DNA of 59,609 nucleotides from an uncultured Gammaproteobacteria bacterium (GCA_964609365.1 CAZSRC010000001.1:1-59609), one strand, 5' to 3'; positions 35,069 through 46,065 are shown, counted from the stretch's first letter. Made by a program: numbers and translations. Notes: a model not told the origin generated them from the letters alone.

Positions 35069-36865
35069 ATGCTTAGAACACATACTTGTGGGGAGTTATC
35101 TTTAGAAAATTTAAATCAAGAGGTTTTGATTTCTGGCTGGGTTAATAGTTATAGAAACTTAGGTAGTCTTATTTTTATTGATTTAAGGGATAGGTATGGT
35201 CTAACACAATTAAGATTTGATTCTAATGATGGTGATTATAAAATTTTTGAAATTTTAAAGGATGTTAAAAATGAGTGGGTTTTACAAGTTGAAGCTTTAG
35301 TTTTAGCCAGACCAGATAATATGAAAAACTCAAATATTAAAACCGGTGAGATAGAGTTGGAAATAAAAAATGTTAAAGTTTTAAACAAGTCAAAAGCTTT
35401 ACCATTTGAGTTAAATGAAGATAAGGCTGGAGAGGCAAATGAATCACTCAGATTACAATATAGATATCTTGATCTTAGAAGAGAAAAGGTTCAGAAAATG
35501 CTAAAAACAAGAGATCAAATTATTACTTATTGTAGAGAGTATTTTCATAAATTTGATTTTATTGAAGTTCAAACTCCAATTATTGCAAATTCTTCACCAG
35601 AAGGTGCTAGAGATTTTTTAATACCATCAAGAATTCACCCAGGTAAGTTTTATGCCTTACCACAAGCCCCACAACAATTCAAACAGTTGTTGATGGTTGG
35701 TGGCTTAGATAGGTATTTTCAAATAGCTCCATGTTTTAGAGATGAGGATCCTAGAATGGATAGGCATTATGGAGAGTTTTATCAGTTGGATATGGAGATG
35801 AGCTTTGTTGAGCAAGATGATATTTTTAAAGTAATGGAGCCATTATTTATAGATATAATTAATAAATTTAGTGATAAAAAGATAATAAACTTAAGAGAAG
35901 ATAACAGGTTTGTTCAAATTTCTTGGACAGATGCTATGAATAGGTATGGCTCAGATAAACCAGATTTAAGGTTTTCAATGGAAATAAGTGATATAGTTGA
36001 TTTAGTTGAAAATAAGGGTTTTTCTATTTTTGATGAGCAGTTAAAGCAAAAGAATTCTAGTATTAAAGCTTTATCAGTTAAAAATGGAGCCAATCTTAGC
36101 AGAAAGGAGATAGATAATATAATCGAAGAGGCGAAAAGAAGGGGTTTAAAGGGTTTATCTTATATAACTATAAAAGATAATGAAATTAATAGCTCTCTGT
36201 CTAAATTTTTTGAACAGGATGTTTTGAGATCTATACAAGAGAGATGTTTAGCTGAAAATGGTGATATTATTTTTATAGCTGCTGATAAATGGGATTTAGT
36301 TTGTAAGTTTTTGGGTTATCTGAGATCTTCTATGGCTGAAAGATTTGAATTAAAAGATAATAGCTTAGCTGCTTTTGCCTGGATAGTTGATTTTCCAATG
36401 TATGAATATTCTGAGATAGAGGAGGGTAGAATTGACTTTGCTCATAATCCTTTCTCTATGCCTCAGGGCGGTATGGATGCTTTGTCTAATAAAAATCCCT
36501 TAGAAATATTGGCATATCAATATGATCTTGTTTTTAATGGTTTTGAGGCATCTTCTGGAGCTATTAGAAATCATGATCCGGAAATAATGTATAAAGCTTT
36601 TGAAATAGCTGGATATACAAAAAATGAGGTTGATTCTAAATTTTCTGCAATGATTAATGCTTTTTCTTTTGGAGCACCTCCGCACGGCGGTAATGCTCCT
36701 GGTATAGATAGAATTATAATGGCCTTATTTAATTATAATTCTATTAGAGATGTTTATGCTTTTCCAAAGGATAGTCAGGGTAAAGATTTAATGACGAATT
36801 CTCCTTGTGAAATTGAAAAAAAACAATTAGATGATTTAAGTATTTCTATAAAAAATAAAAGTTAA
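35069..36865 (+). CDS. aspS: Aspartyl-tRNA synthetase
   Basis: OB-fold N-terminus 'GWVNSYRNLGSLIFIDLRDRYG'. Class II motifs 'FYALPQAPQQFKQLLMVGG.DRYFQIAPCFRDED' and 'GGNAPGIDR'. Confidence 0.95.
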   Translation: MLRTHTCGELSLENLNQEVLISGWVNSYRNLGSLIFIDLRDRYGLTQLRFDSNDGDYKIFEILKDVKNEWVLQVEALVLARPDNMKNSNIKTGEIELEIKNVKVLNKSKALPFELNEDKAGEANESLRLQYRYLDLRREKVQKMLKTRDQIITYCREYFHKFDFIEVQTPIIANSSPEGARDFLIPSRIHPGKFYALPQAPQQFKQLLMVGGLDRYFQIAPCFRDEDPRMDRHYGEFYQLDMEMSFVEQDDIFKVMEPLFIDIINKFSDKKIINLREDNRFVQISWTDAMNRYGSDKPDLRFSMEISDIVDLVENKGFSIFDEQLKQKNSSIKALSVKNGANLSRKEIDNIIEEAKRRGLKGLSYITIKDNEINSSLSKFFEQDVLRSIQERCLAENGDIIFIAADKWDLVCKFLGYLRSSMAERFELKDNSLAAFAWIVDFPMYEYSEIEEGRIDFAHNPFSMPQGGMDALSNKNPLEILAYQYDLVFNGFEASSGAIRNHDPEIMYKAFEIAGYTKNEVDSKFSAMINAFSFGAPPHGGNAPGIDRIIMALFNYNSIRDVYAFPKDSQGKDLMTNSPCEIEKKQLDDLSISIKNKS

Positions 36866-36869
36866 AAAA

Positions 36870-38411
36870 ATGAGCTTTTTAAGCAAAATATTAGAAGTTA
36901 AATTTAGATCAAGATTTAAAGAGATTAATTTTTTTAAAAAAAATCCTCAATTAGCTCAGGAAAAGGTTTTTTTTGAACTAATTTCAAAAGCTCAAAAAAC
37001 CAAATGGGGCTTGAAATATGGTTACAAAGAAATATCTTCAAAAAAATTTAGAGAAGCTTATAGTACTTTCAAGGAAAGACTTCCTATTTCTAATTACGAA
37101 CAATTATTTGAATATATCGAGGTATTTTGTAGTGGTGAAAAAAATGTTTTATGGCCAGAAAAAATTAAATGGGCAGCAAAGTCATCAGGAACTACAAACA
37201 GTAAAAGTAAAATAATACCAATAACAAGTGATTCTTTAAAAAAATGTCATTACAAGGGCGGGCAAGATGTTTTTTCTTTTTACTTAAAGCAAAATCCAAA
37301 ATCTAAACTATTTTCAGGGAAAACACTAAGTATTGGTGGCTCTCTCTCTTTAGATAAGGGTAATTTTAATATTAAAATAGGTGACTTATCAGCTATTTTA
37401 ATGATAAATTTACCAATATGGGCTAGAATTTTTAGATCACCAAAATTAAAAATAGCCATGTTAAATGAATGGGATGAAAAACTTGAATTAATAGCCAAAT
37501 CAGCAATACAGCAAAATATTGTAGCATTGGCCGGAGTTCCTTCTTGGACATTATTAGTGTTAAATAAAGTTTTAGAGATAAGTAAAAAAAATAATATTTT
37601 AGAGGTTTGGCCAAATTTAGAACTTTTTGTTCATGGTGGAATTAGCTTTCTTCCTTATAAGAGTCAATTTAAATCAATAATACCTAGTGATAAAATGAAC
37701 TATCTAGAGACATATAATGCTTCTGAGGGATTTTTCGCTATAAATGATGATTTGAGTAGAGATGATATGTTATTAATTCTTGATTGCGGTATTTTTTATG
37801 AATTTGTAGAATTAGATGAGCTTTTAAAGGATAAGCCTAGGGTTTTAGGTGTAGATGATTTGGAGCTAGGCAAGACCTATGCTGTAATAATTTCCACTAA
37901 TGGTGGTTTATGGAGATATTTAATTGGTGATACTGTTAAAATAAGCTCCTTGAAACCAATAAGAATCAAGGTTGCTGGAAGAACTAAACATTTTATTAAT
38001 GTTTTTGGAGAAGAGTTAATGATTTCAAACACAGATGAAGCAATAGCTATTGCTTCTGAAAAAAATTTAGCTATAGTCTCTGATTATAGCCTTGCTCCAA
38101 TTTTTATGAATAATCAAAAATCTGGAGCTCATCAATGGATTATTGAATTTAGTCAAAAACCCAAAGATATTGAAAAATTTACCAAGGATCTAGACGACTC
38201 TCTAAAATCGTTAAATTCTGACTATGAAGCTAAGAGACATTCCGACATGATTTTATCTTTACCTCAGATAAATATAGCTAGAAAAAATCTTTTTTATGAT
38301 TGGTTGAAGAATAAAAATAAATTAGGTGGTCAGAATAAGGTTCCCAGACTATCTAATAGTAGAGAATATCTGGAAGAATTATTAACTTTAAATAAAAATG
38401 AAAAAAATTAA
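36870..38411 (+). CDS. GH3-family (plant auxin-responsive GH3-like) acyl-adenylating enzyme homologue
   Basis: 'AKSSGTTNSKSKIIP' P-loop-like motif, 'YNASEGFFA', 'GGLWRYLIGDTV' and 'GRTKHFINVFGEEL' match bacterial GH3 proteins. Confidence 0.7.
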   Translation: MSFLSKILEVKFRSRFKEINFFKKNPQLAQEKVFFELISKAQKTKWGLKYGYKEISSKKFREAYSTFKERLPISNYEQLFEYIEVFCSGEKNVLWPEKIKWAAKSSGTTNSKSKIIPITSDSLKKCHYKGGQDVFSFYLKQNPKSKLFSGKTLSIGGSLSLDKGNFNIKIGDLSAILMINLPIWARIFRSPKLKIAMLNEWDEKLELIAKSAIQQNIVALAGVPSWTLLVLNKVLEISKKNNILEVWPNLELFVHGGISFLPYKSQFKSIIPSDKMNYLETYNASEGFFAINDDLSRDDMLLILDCGIFYEFVELDELLKDKPRVLGVDDLELGKTYAVIISTNGGLWRYLIGDTVKISSLKPIRIKVAGRTKHFINVFGEELMISNTDEAIAIASEKNLAIVSDYSLAPIFMNNQKSGAHQWIIEFSQKPKDIEKFTKDLDDSLKSLNSDYEAKRHSDMILSLPQINIARKNLFYDWLKNKNKLGGQNKVPRLSNSREYLEELLTLNKNEKN

Positions 38412-39048
38412 AAATTTTTTTATAGTTTTACTATTAATAGATATTTCATTAGTTTTAGCACATATTTTTTGGGGTGATATTTTTTATATTTTAAATCTTG
38501 ATAATGAAAGAACGATTCCTTCTTATTATAGTGGCTTAAAATTAGTTTTTATTTCTTGTTTTTCTTTTTTAATTTTTTTAATTTTAAAAAATAATACAAA
38601 AAATAAAATAGACTATTATTTGTATCTAATTATTTCTTTATTTTTCATTTCATTATCATTTGATGAGATTTCAGAATTGCATGAAAACTTAGGGGAGTAT
38701 TTATTGGTTAAAAATAATAATTTCAACATATTTCAGCAGGATAGTTTTATGTGGTTGATATATTTAAGCCCAATAATATTAGGAGTTTTTTCTTTGTTAA
38801 TTTATTTTTTAATAAGGCAAAAAAACAAAAAATCCTTTATATTTATCTTACTCGGAATTATTTCTTTTATTTTGGTTATATCATTTGAATTTTTGGGTGG
38901 TATGATTATTTATTCCAATAAAGGTTTTTATAATATTATGATTATTCTCGAAGAGGCTTCTGAAAAAATAGGGGCTAGTTTGTTTTTTATTGCTTTTTTG
39001 ATTAATATTAAAAATGAATTTGGTAAATATTATAAAAAGATAATTTAA
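38398..39048 (+). CDS. Hypothetical 6-TM membrane protein
   Basis: Overlaps the GH3 stop by 14 nt. Strongly hydrophobic with about 6 predicted helices. No domain recognised. Confidence 0.55.
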   Translation: MKKIKNFFIVLLLIDISLVLAHIFWGDIFYILNLDNERTIPSYYSGLKLVFISCFSFLIFLILKNNTKNKIDYYLYLIISLFFISLSFDEISELHENLGEYLLVKNNNFNIFQQDSFMWLIYLSPIILGVFSLLIYFLIRQKNKKSFIFILLGIISFILVISFEFLGGMIIYSNKGFYNIMIILEEASEKIGASLFFIAFLINIKNEFGKYYKKII

Positions 39049-39052
39049 AAAT

Positions 39053-40354
39053 ATGAAAAATCCACAAGAATCATTCAATTTTAATGAAAATAATAACCCA
39101 GAAAACTCAGGATTTGATCCAGAGAAGGACTTCTTAAAATTAAAAAATATTAACAAAGATGATGCTTCTGAGAAAATAAAGGAGTTTAAGGATAATTTGA
39201 GAAAATATAAAGAGGTTATAGCGAGTATGGGCACTGAGGTTTTTAAATATTTAGAGGAGGTCAAAGAGATAGACTATAAACATTTGGAAGACATTCCTAA
39301 AAGAAATATTGTTAATTTTAAAATTTCTGAGGGGTCTGATTTTATTAAGTCTTATCGAGAATTTATTAAAAATATTAAAAAAAGAGAGGATGCTCTTACT
39401 TCTCTTGTTTCTGATTGTTTAGATAATCAAGGCAATATGGACGCTAATAAAATTTTTGAAAAATTATTCTACAAAGAGGCAAGGGGTAATATTAAGATTG
39501 AAAAAAGTCCAATCAATATTTATATTAGAATGGAGGATGGAGATGACTTTGTTTATGTTTGTAGTGGTGCCTATAAAAAGAAAAGAGAGGTAAATGAAGA
39601 TGATATAGAGGATAGTGCTTCTTGTGGCGGCATGTGTCTTCTTGATTATCCTCAAAAAAAGTTAAGAGGGGCTATATTAATTGAAAATCCAGCTTTCTTT
39701 AATGATGATGATCTTAGTTTTAAGACTAGATCTCACGAAAATCAACATTCTTTAAATAGCTTAATAGATAATATAAGTGGTGTTGATCATATTTTTGGTT
39801 ATAGAAAATTTGATGAACTGAAAAAGATTTATGAAAGAAACAATACAAAAGAAGAGTCTTTGGAGTCCGAAGTTAAAAGCAATGAAGGTGCTGGAATTCC
39901 TTCTGAATTGTTAGAGGATTTTTCTATTTTAATAGTGGAAAATCCAGCAATAGAGGAGAAAATAAGAGGGGAAATAACCGCCTATTTAAAAGATGGTAGT
40001 AGCTCCTTTGAGTTAAGTAAAAGATTGCTAGAAAAATATAGTATTTATAATTATGGATTGTTTTATGATATTGCACCAGGAGAAGATGAATCAGGTGATT
40101 TTACTTATAAATATATGAAATTAGTTGAAAACGGAATAATTGCCTTTGCTAAGTTATTAGATGATAAATATTCTTATGAAGCTGTTCATTCTATTTTATA
40201 TCTAGAGCCTTTATCAAAATGGTTAAAGGTGTTAGAAAGATTTACTGGTAAAAAATTAAGCAAGGATGAATATCTTAACTTAGAGAAAAAATATATAGAC
40301 CCTGAAATAATTAAAGATATTGAGGAGGCAAAAAAGTATGCTGATTTATCTTAG
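39053..40354 (+). CDS. Hypothetical protein with an HExxH motif
   Basis: 433 aa, begins 4 nt after the previous stop. 'TRSHENQHSL' is the only HExxH. There is an upstream Cys cluster (VCSG...SCGGMC). No family recognised. Confidence 0.55.
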   Translation: MKNPQESFNFNENNNPENSGFDPEKDFLKLKNINKDDASEKIKEFKDNLRKYKEVIASMGTEVFKYLEEVKEIDYKHLEDIPKRNIVNFKISEGSDFIKSYREFIKNIKKREDALTSLVSDCLDNQGNMDANKIFEKLFYKEARGNIKIEKSPINIYIRMEDGDDFVYVCSGAYKKKREVNEDDIEDSASCGGMCLLDYPQKKLRGAILIENPAFFNDDDLSFKTRSHENQHSLNSLIDNISGVDHIFGYRKFDELKKIYERNNTKEESLESEVKSNEGAGIPSELLEDFSILIVENPAIEEKIRGEITAYLKDGSSSFELSKRLLEKYSIYNYGLFYDIAPGEDESGDFTYKYMKLVENGIIAFAKLLDDKYSYEAVHSILYLEPLSKWLKVLERFTGKKLSKDEYLNLEKKYIDPEIIKDIEEAKKYADLS

Positions 40355-40449
40355 TTTTACTAAAATTAAAAAATTTGCTAATATATAAATAGTTCATTCT
40401 TAGACTAAAGGTTGAAAAAAAATTATAAATCTTATTTAATTTTTAAAAT

Positions 40450-40656
40450 ATGAAAAATTTAACAAGTTTTGATTGGATTGCTTTAGTATTAGTGATAGTC
40501 GGAGGTCTAAATTGGGCCTTGGTAGGATTATTCGGTTTTGATTTAGTTGCTTTCATCTTTGGTGATATGTCAGTTTTATCTAGAATTGTTTATACACTAG
40601 TAGGAATTTCAGCAATCTACATCCTAGCAATATCTTTTAATTTAGCAAAAAAATAA
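40450..40656 (+). CDS. DUF378 family small membrane protein
   Basis: 'FDWIALVLVIVGGLNWALVGLFGFDLVAFIFG' is the DUF378 signature. 68 aa, 2 TMs. Confidence 0.8.
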   Translation: MKNLTSFDWIALVLVIVGGLNWALVGLFGFDLVAFIFGDMSVLSRIVYTLVGISAIYILAISFNLAKK

Positions 40657-40667
40657 AAGAATATTCT

Positions 40668-40709
40668 AAAACCCCTTTATTTATTATTAATAAAGGGGTT
40701 TTATTTTTC
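40668..40709 (+). terminator. Rho-independent terminator
   Basis: 13-bp stem aaaacccctttat/ataaaggggtttt (40668-40680 / 40690-40702), then a T-rich tail. Confidence 0.7.
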
Positions 40710-40760
40710 ATTAAAATAAAGTATAATAACAAGGAAATTAAAGTAATAAATATTATAAAT

Positions 40761-43178
40761 ATGATAAATGAGAAAAAATGGATAAAAGAATGGAAAGATT
40801 CAAATCTTTATAAAACCCCAGAAATAAATGATGGAGATAATAAATTTTATTGCTTGGATATGTTTCCTTATCCATCTGGATCAGGGCTTCATGTCGGCCA
40901 TGTTGAGGGTTATACAGCATCGGACATATTAAGTAGATACAAAAGAATGAATGGTTTTAAAGTAATTCATCCTATGGGCTGGGATTCTTTTGGTTTACCT
41001 GCGGAAAATTATGCTATAAAAACCGGTATTCACCCAGAAAAAACAACTAATAATGCGATAATAAATTTTATAAAACAAATAAACTCTATTGGTCTTTCTT
41101 ATGATTGGGACCTAGAAATACAAACAAGTAAAAGTGAGTATTATAAATGGACTCAATGGTTTTTTCTTTTGCTATATAAAAATAATTTAGCTTATAAAAA
41201 AAAGGCAAAAGTTAATTGGTGTGAAAATTGTGCTACTGTTCTAGCTAACGAACAGGCTAATGGTGGTTCTTGTGAGAGATGTGGTAATTTGGTTATTCAA
41301 AAATATTTAGAACAGTGGTTTTTCAAAATTACTGATTTTATAGAAGATCAAGAATTTGAAGGTAGGAAAATCAAAGGACTTTTAAGTGGCCTAGATGATA
41401 TAAACTGGCCAGAATCAACTAAATTAGCCCAGAAAAATTGGATAGGGAAAAGTATTGGGGCTAAAATTAGATTTAAAATAAAAAATAGCGAGGAAAGTAT
41501 TGAGGTTTTTACAACTAGACCGGAAACTTTATTTGCTTGCACTTATCTAGCTGTTAATCCCGAACATCAAATAATTGATAAATTTTCTAGTGAAATAAAA
41601 AATTTATCAGAAATAAAAAAATATACAGATAGTGTTAGGGATAAAACAGAAATAGAAAGAACTAGTTTAAACAAGAATAAAACAGGTATTGAAATTGAAG
41701 GACTAAATGTTATTAATCCAGTTAATGGAAAAGAATTAAAAATTTTTATAGCTGATTATGTTTTATCAACTTATGGATCTGGAGCAGTTATGGCAGTTCC
41801 GGCTCATGATGAAAGAGATTATGAATTTGCTAAAAAATATAATCTAGAAATAACAGAAGTTGTCAAAGGTGGGGATATAAATATTGAAGCTTATACTGGT
41901 GATGGCATCATGATTAATTCCGATTTTTTAAATAATTTAAATACAGAAGATGCTAAAACAAAAATTATCAAATATTTAGAGGATAATTTAATTGGAGAAA
42001 AATCAGTAAATTATAAATTAAGAGATTGGTTGATATCTAGACAGAGATATTGGGGGGCTCCAATTCCTATAATTTATTGTCCAAAATGTGGAGAGATTCC
42101 AGTTCCAGAAAAAGATTTGCCAGTTATATTAGCTGATGATGTTAGCTTTGAGGCTACTGGCGAATCACCTTTAAAAAAATCAACTAAATTTCATGATATT
42201 AAGTGCCCAAAATGTGGTGAAAATGCTAGAAGGGAAAGTGATACAATGGATACTTTTGTTTGTTCTTCTTGGTATTTTTTTAGATACCTAGATTCTAAAA
42301 ATGATAAAGAGTTTGCCAATAGTGATAAGATAAACAAACTAATGCCAGTTGATGTTTATATTGGTGGAGCAGAGCATTCTGTTATGCATTTACTTTATTC
42401 TCGCTTTTTCACAAAGATTTTACAAAAATATAATTTCATAAACATTAATGAACCTTTTAAAAATTTACGTCATCAGGGGATTATCCTAGCAGAGGATAAT
42501 AATAAAATGAGCAAGTCAAAGGGTAACGTTACTAGCCCCGAAGATATTATTGATGAATATGGCGCAGACTCTTTGAGACTCTATGAAATGTTTATGGGTG
42601 CTTTTGAGGACTCCAAGCCATGGAATACAAAAAATATAAGTGGCGTTAAAAGATTTTTAGAAAAAATAGAATTAATATCCGAAAAAATTAGCTCAGAAGA
42701 TTTAAATAACGAGGATTTTGATAAGCTAGAATTAGAATTAAATAAATCTATAAAAAAAGTTGGAGAAGATATAGAAAACTTTAAATTCAATACAGCAATA
42801 TCTCAATTAATGATTTTGGTAAACTGCTTTCAGTCTTTTGATAAGGTTCCAAAAAAATATTTTGAAAAATTACTATTAATACTCGCACCATTTGCCCCTT
42901 TTACTAGTGAGGATCTTTGGTCTAAAATTTCTAATAAATTTTCAATTCATCAACAATCTTGGCCAAGTTATAACAATGAATTACTGACAAAAGAAAAAAT
43001 TACTATAGCAGTTCAATTCAATGGTAAGACTAGGGGGTCTGTAAATATTGATAGAGATATAGAGGAGGGTGATGTACTTAAAGAAATTTATTCTGATGAA
43101 AAATTAAAATCATATTTATCAAGTGACTATAAAAAAATTATTTATATAAAAAATAAAATTATAAATATTATAATATAA
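40761..43178 (+). CDS. leuS: Leucyl-tRNA synthetase
   Basis: 'PYPSGSGLHVGHVEGY' (HIGH), 'KMSKSKGN' (KMSKS), Zn-finger Cys pairs. 805 aa. Confidence 0.97.
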   Translation: MINEKKWIKEWKDSNLYKTPEINDGDNKFYCLDMFPYPSGSGLHVGHVEGYTASDILSRYKRMNGFKVIHPMGWDSFGLPAENYAIKTGIHPEKTTNNAIINFIKQINSIGLSYDWDLEIQTSKSEYYKWTQWFFLLLYKNNLAYKKKAKVNWCENCATVLANEQANGGSCERCGNLVIQKYLEQWFFKITDFIEDQEFEGRKIKGLLSGLDDINWPESTKLAQKNWIGKSIGAKIRFKIKNSEESIEVFTTRPETLFACTYLAVNPEHQIIDKFSSEIKNLSEIKKYTDSVRDKTEIERTSLNKNKTGIEIEGLNVINPVNGKELKIFIADYVLSTYGSGAVMAVPAHDERDYEFAKKYNLEITEVVKGGDINIEAYTGDGIMINSDFLNNLNTEDAKTKIIKYLEDNLIGEKSVNYKLRDWLISRQRYWGAPIPIIYCPKCGEIPVPEKDLPVILADDVSFEATGESPLKKSTKFHDIKCPKCGENARRESDTMDTFVCSSWYFFRYLDSKNDKEFANSDKINKLMPVDVYIGGAEHSVMHLLYSRFFTKILQKYNFININEPFKNLRHQGIILAEDNNKMSKSKGNVTSPEDIIDEYGADSLRLYEMFMGAFEDSKPWNTKNISGVKRFLEKIELISEKISSEDLNNEDFDKLELELNKSIKKVGEDIENFKFNTAISQLMILVNCFQSFDKVPKKYFEKLLLILAPFAPFTSEDLWSKISNKFSIHQQSWPSYNNELLTKEKITIAVQFNGKTRGSVNIDRDIEEGDVLKEIYSDEKLKSYLSSDYKKIIYIKNKIINIII

Positions 43179-43221
43179 TTATATAGTTAATTTAAAAATA
43201 TAGTTTAAAATAAAATAAATT

Positions 43222-44793
43222 ATGGCAGTTTTATATCAAAAATATCGTCCACAAAATTTTTCAGAAATTTTTGGTCAAAATCATATTAAGGTAACCTTGC
43301 AAAATGAAATAACTAGCAATAAAATAGCTCATGCTTATTTGTTTTGTGGTCCAAGAGCTGTTGGTAAAACAACCTTGGCCAGGGTTTTTTCTAAAGCCAT
43401 AAATTGTAGAGAAAAAAAAGATTCTGAATTTGAACCATGCAATAAATGCCTTACATGTCAGAGTATCAATAATTTTAGCAATATGGATGTTATAGAAATT
43501 GACGCTGCTAGTAATACTGGAGTTGATAATGTTAGGGAAAATATTATTTCTATTAGTAAAATTAGTTCATCAAATAATAAGTTTAAAGTTTTCATAATTG
43601 ATGAGGTTCACATGCTATCTATTTCCGCTTTTAATGCCTTACTTAAAACCCTAGAAGAGCCTCCGGCTAATGTTATTTTTATCTTATGTACAACTGAGAT
43701 ATATAAAGTTCCACTAACTATCATATCTAGATGTGAAAGATTTGATTTTAAAAAGATAAGTGTCGCTGATATGATAATGAAATTAGAAACTATTGTAAAA
43801 AATGAAAAAATTGATATAAGCAGAGATGTTTTAGAGTTGATTTCTTTAAAGGCTGATGGTCATCTTCGCGACGCGGAGAGTATTTTAAGTCAAATTATAG
43901 CTATAAGCGGAAACAAGATAGATATGTCTACAGCTAAATTAATAATACCTCACAACAATATAGAAGAGAGTTTGAGTCTGCTAGAGAGTTTAAGTAGAAA
44001 AGATATGATCTCATCTATAAAAATGATAAATTCATTAATGACTAATAATATAAACTTAAAGAATTTTATTAATGATTTTGTCGAACTATTAAGAAAAATG
44101 ATTTTAAATAAAATAAATGATTCTCTGGCCAGTAGCCTAGGATTGGATCTAAGTGAGAAGTTAGAAATAAAAATAAGTGAATTAAATAAAAATTTTTCCC
44201 TGGATGATTTAATAAAAATTAGCGAGGAATTTATTTTAGCTAGTAAGGAATTAAAATTTGCCTTGATAACCCAAATGCCTTTAGAATTGGCGATAATAAA
44301 TCTTTGTCAGAGTAGGACTAATAATTATTATGTTAAAAATAATGAATTATCAGAAAACATAATTAATAATTCAAAGATAATGGAAGATGGTAATAATAAA
44401 ATAAATGAAGAAGAGGTTGTTGATAAAAATAATTTAGAAAAAATAATCACTTCCGATATTTTTCCGGGTTTTGATGAAAAATGGTCAGAGTTTTTAACAA
44501 AACTAAAGCCCATAAACAATTCATTGTCCTTCGTTATGCAGTCTTGCAAGGTTAGTGACTTTAATAATAATAAAATATGTCTCTCTTTTAAGTATAAATT
44601 TCATAAAGACAGAATAGAGGATCCCGTTATAAAGAAAACCATGGAAGATTTATTGAAAGATATCTATAAAATGGATTTAAAGATTGAATCAATTATTGAA
44701 AGTCAGGCATCCACAATCAAGGAAAGTGAAAAAATAGATAATAATGCAATTGACACTTTATTAAAAACATTTGGTGGTCAAATTATAAATTAA
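43222..44793 (+). CDS. dnaX: DNA polymerase III subunit gamma/tau
   Basis: 'YRPQNFSEIFGQNHI', 'GPRAVGKTT', Zn module 'CNKCLTCQS', 'IIDEVHMLS', 'SRCERFDF'. Confidence 0.93.
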   Translation: MAVLYQKYRPQNFSEIFGQNHIKVTLQNEITSNKIAHAYLFCGPRAVGKTTLARVFSKAINCREKKDSEFEPCNKCLTCQSINNFSNMDVIEIDAASNTGVDNVRENIISISKISSSNNKFKVFIIDEVHMLSISAFNALLKTLEEPPANVIFILCTTEIYKVPLTIISRCERFDFKKISVADMIMKLETIVKNEKIDISRDVLELISLKADGHLRDAESILSQIIAISGNKIDMSTAKLIIPHNNIEESLSLLESLSRKDMISSIKMINSLMTNNINLKNFINDFVELLRKMILNKINDSLASSLGLDLSEKLEIKISELNKNFSLDDLIKISEEFILASKELKFALITQMPLELAIINLCQSRTNNYYVKNNELSENIINNSKIMEDGNNKINEEEVVDKNNLEKIITSDIFPGFDEKWSEFLTKLKPINNSLSFVMQSCKVSDFNNNKICLSFKYKFHKDRIEDPVIKKTMEDLLKDIYKMDLKIESIIESQASTIKESEKIDNNAIDTLLKTFGGQIIN

Positions 44794-44814
44794 TATATAA
44801 ATAATTTTAAAAAT

Positions 44815-46065
44815 ATGCTAGATATAAAAAAAATAAAAGAGAATAAAGATTTAATAGAGGGATCACTAAGAAAAAGAGTTGGTGATGATAATTTATTTTT
44901 AGATGAAATAATTTCCCTTGATGATAATAGAAAGAATGTTATTACTGAATTAGAAAATTTAAAAGCTGAAAAAAATAAGCTTTCAAAAACAAAACCTGAT
45001 CAGGAAACTATCGAAAAAATTAAAGATAATAATATTAATATAAAAAAACTAGAAGAAAAACTAGATTCTATAGAACAAGATTTAAAAGAAAAATTATCAT
45101 CTTTACCAAATATAGTTGCCGATGATGTTCCTGCTGGAGGAAAGGAGAATAATCAAGTTATTTATACATTTAAGGAAAAGCCAAGTTTTAATTTCAAAAA
45201 AAAGGATCATGTCGAATTAGCTGAATCACTTGATATTATTGACTATAAAAGGGGTGTTAAAATGTCTGGTTCTGGATTTTGGGTATATAAAGGTTTAGGG
45301 GCTATCTTGGAGTGGGCGCTTCTTAGTTATTTTATTGAATATCATTCAAAAAATTCTTATATATTCATGATTCCTCCATTCTTATTAAATGAAAATTCAG
45401 CTTATTCCTCTGGTCACTTACCAAAGTTTAGAGATGATTTATTTTGGACAGAAGATAGGTTGTGTCTAAATGCTACTTCAGAAATGATGCTTGGTAATTA
45501 TCATAGAGATGAGATATTAAAAGAAGAAGATTTACCTTTGAAATATACTGCCTACTCACCTTGCTTTAGAAGAGAAGCTGGAAGCTATAGACAGGAGGAA
45601 AGGGGAATGATTCGTGGTCATCAATTTAACAAAATAGAATTATTTCAATATACCAAAGCTGATAAATCTTGGGAAGCTTTTAACCAAATGCAAGAACAGT
45701 TAGTATCACTATTGGAGAGTCTTGGGTTGCATTTTCAAGTCAGTAAATTAGCTGCTGGAGATTGCTCATCTGCAATGGCAAAAACCGTCGATCTAGAGGT
45801 TTGGATTCCTAGTATGTCAATATATAAAGAGGTTAGCTCAATATCTAACTCGCTAGATTATCAATGTAGAAGAGGTAATGTTAGGGTAAAATCATCAGAT
45901 AATTCAAATTCTTTCCCTCATACCTTAAATGGATCTGGATTGGCAACATCTCGCTTAATACCTGCTATATTAGAGCAAAATCAAGAAGAAGATGGAAGTG
46001 TTATAATACCAGAGGTTTTAAGAAAGTATTTTCCAAATAATATTTCTAAAATTAATAAACAATAA
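44815..46065 (+). CDS. serS: Seryl-tRNA synthetase
   Basis: N-terminal coiled-coil arm. Class II motifs 'YSPCFRREAGS' and 'GSGLATSRLIPAILEQNQ'. Confidence 0.95.
   Translation: MLDIKKIKENKDLIEGSLRKRVGDDNLFLDEIISLDDNRKNVITELENLKAEKNKLSKTKPDQETIEKIKDNNINIKKLEEKLDSIEQDLKEKLSSLPNIVADDVPAGGKENNQVIYTFKEKPSFNFKKKDHVELAESLDIIDYKRGVKMSGSGFWVYKGLGAILEWALLSYFIEYHSKNSYIFMIPPFLLNENSAYSSGHLPKFRDDLFWTEDRLCLNATSEMMLGNYHRDEILKEEDLPLKYTAYSPCFRREAGSYRQEERGMIRGHQFNKIELFQYTKADKSWEAFNQMQEQLVSLLESLGLHFQVSKLAAGDCSSAMAKTVDLEVWIPSMSIYKEVSSISNSLDYQCRRGNVRVKSSDNSNSFPHTLNGSGLATSRLIPAILEQNQEEDGSVIIPEVLRKYFPNNISKINKQ

Noticed and set aside
43405-43425. A-run (gaaaaaaaag) in dnaX as a possible gamma/tau programmed frameshift site.
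   Set aside because: It lies at about codon 65 inside the ATPase domain, far upstream of where tau/gamma frameshifting occurs. No slippery heptamer plus hairpin was seen in the C-terminal half.
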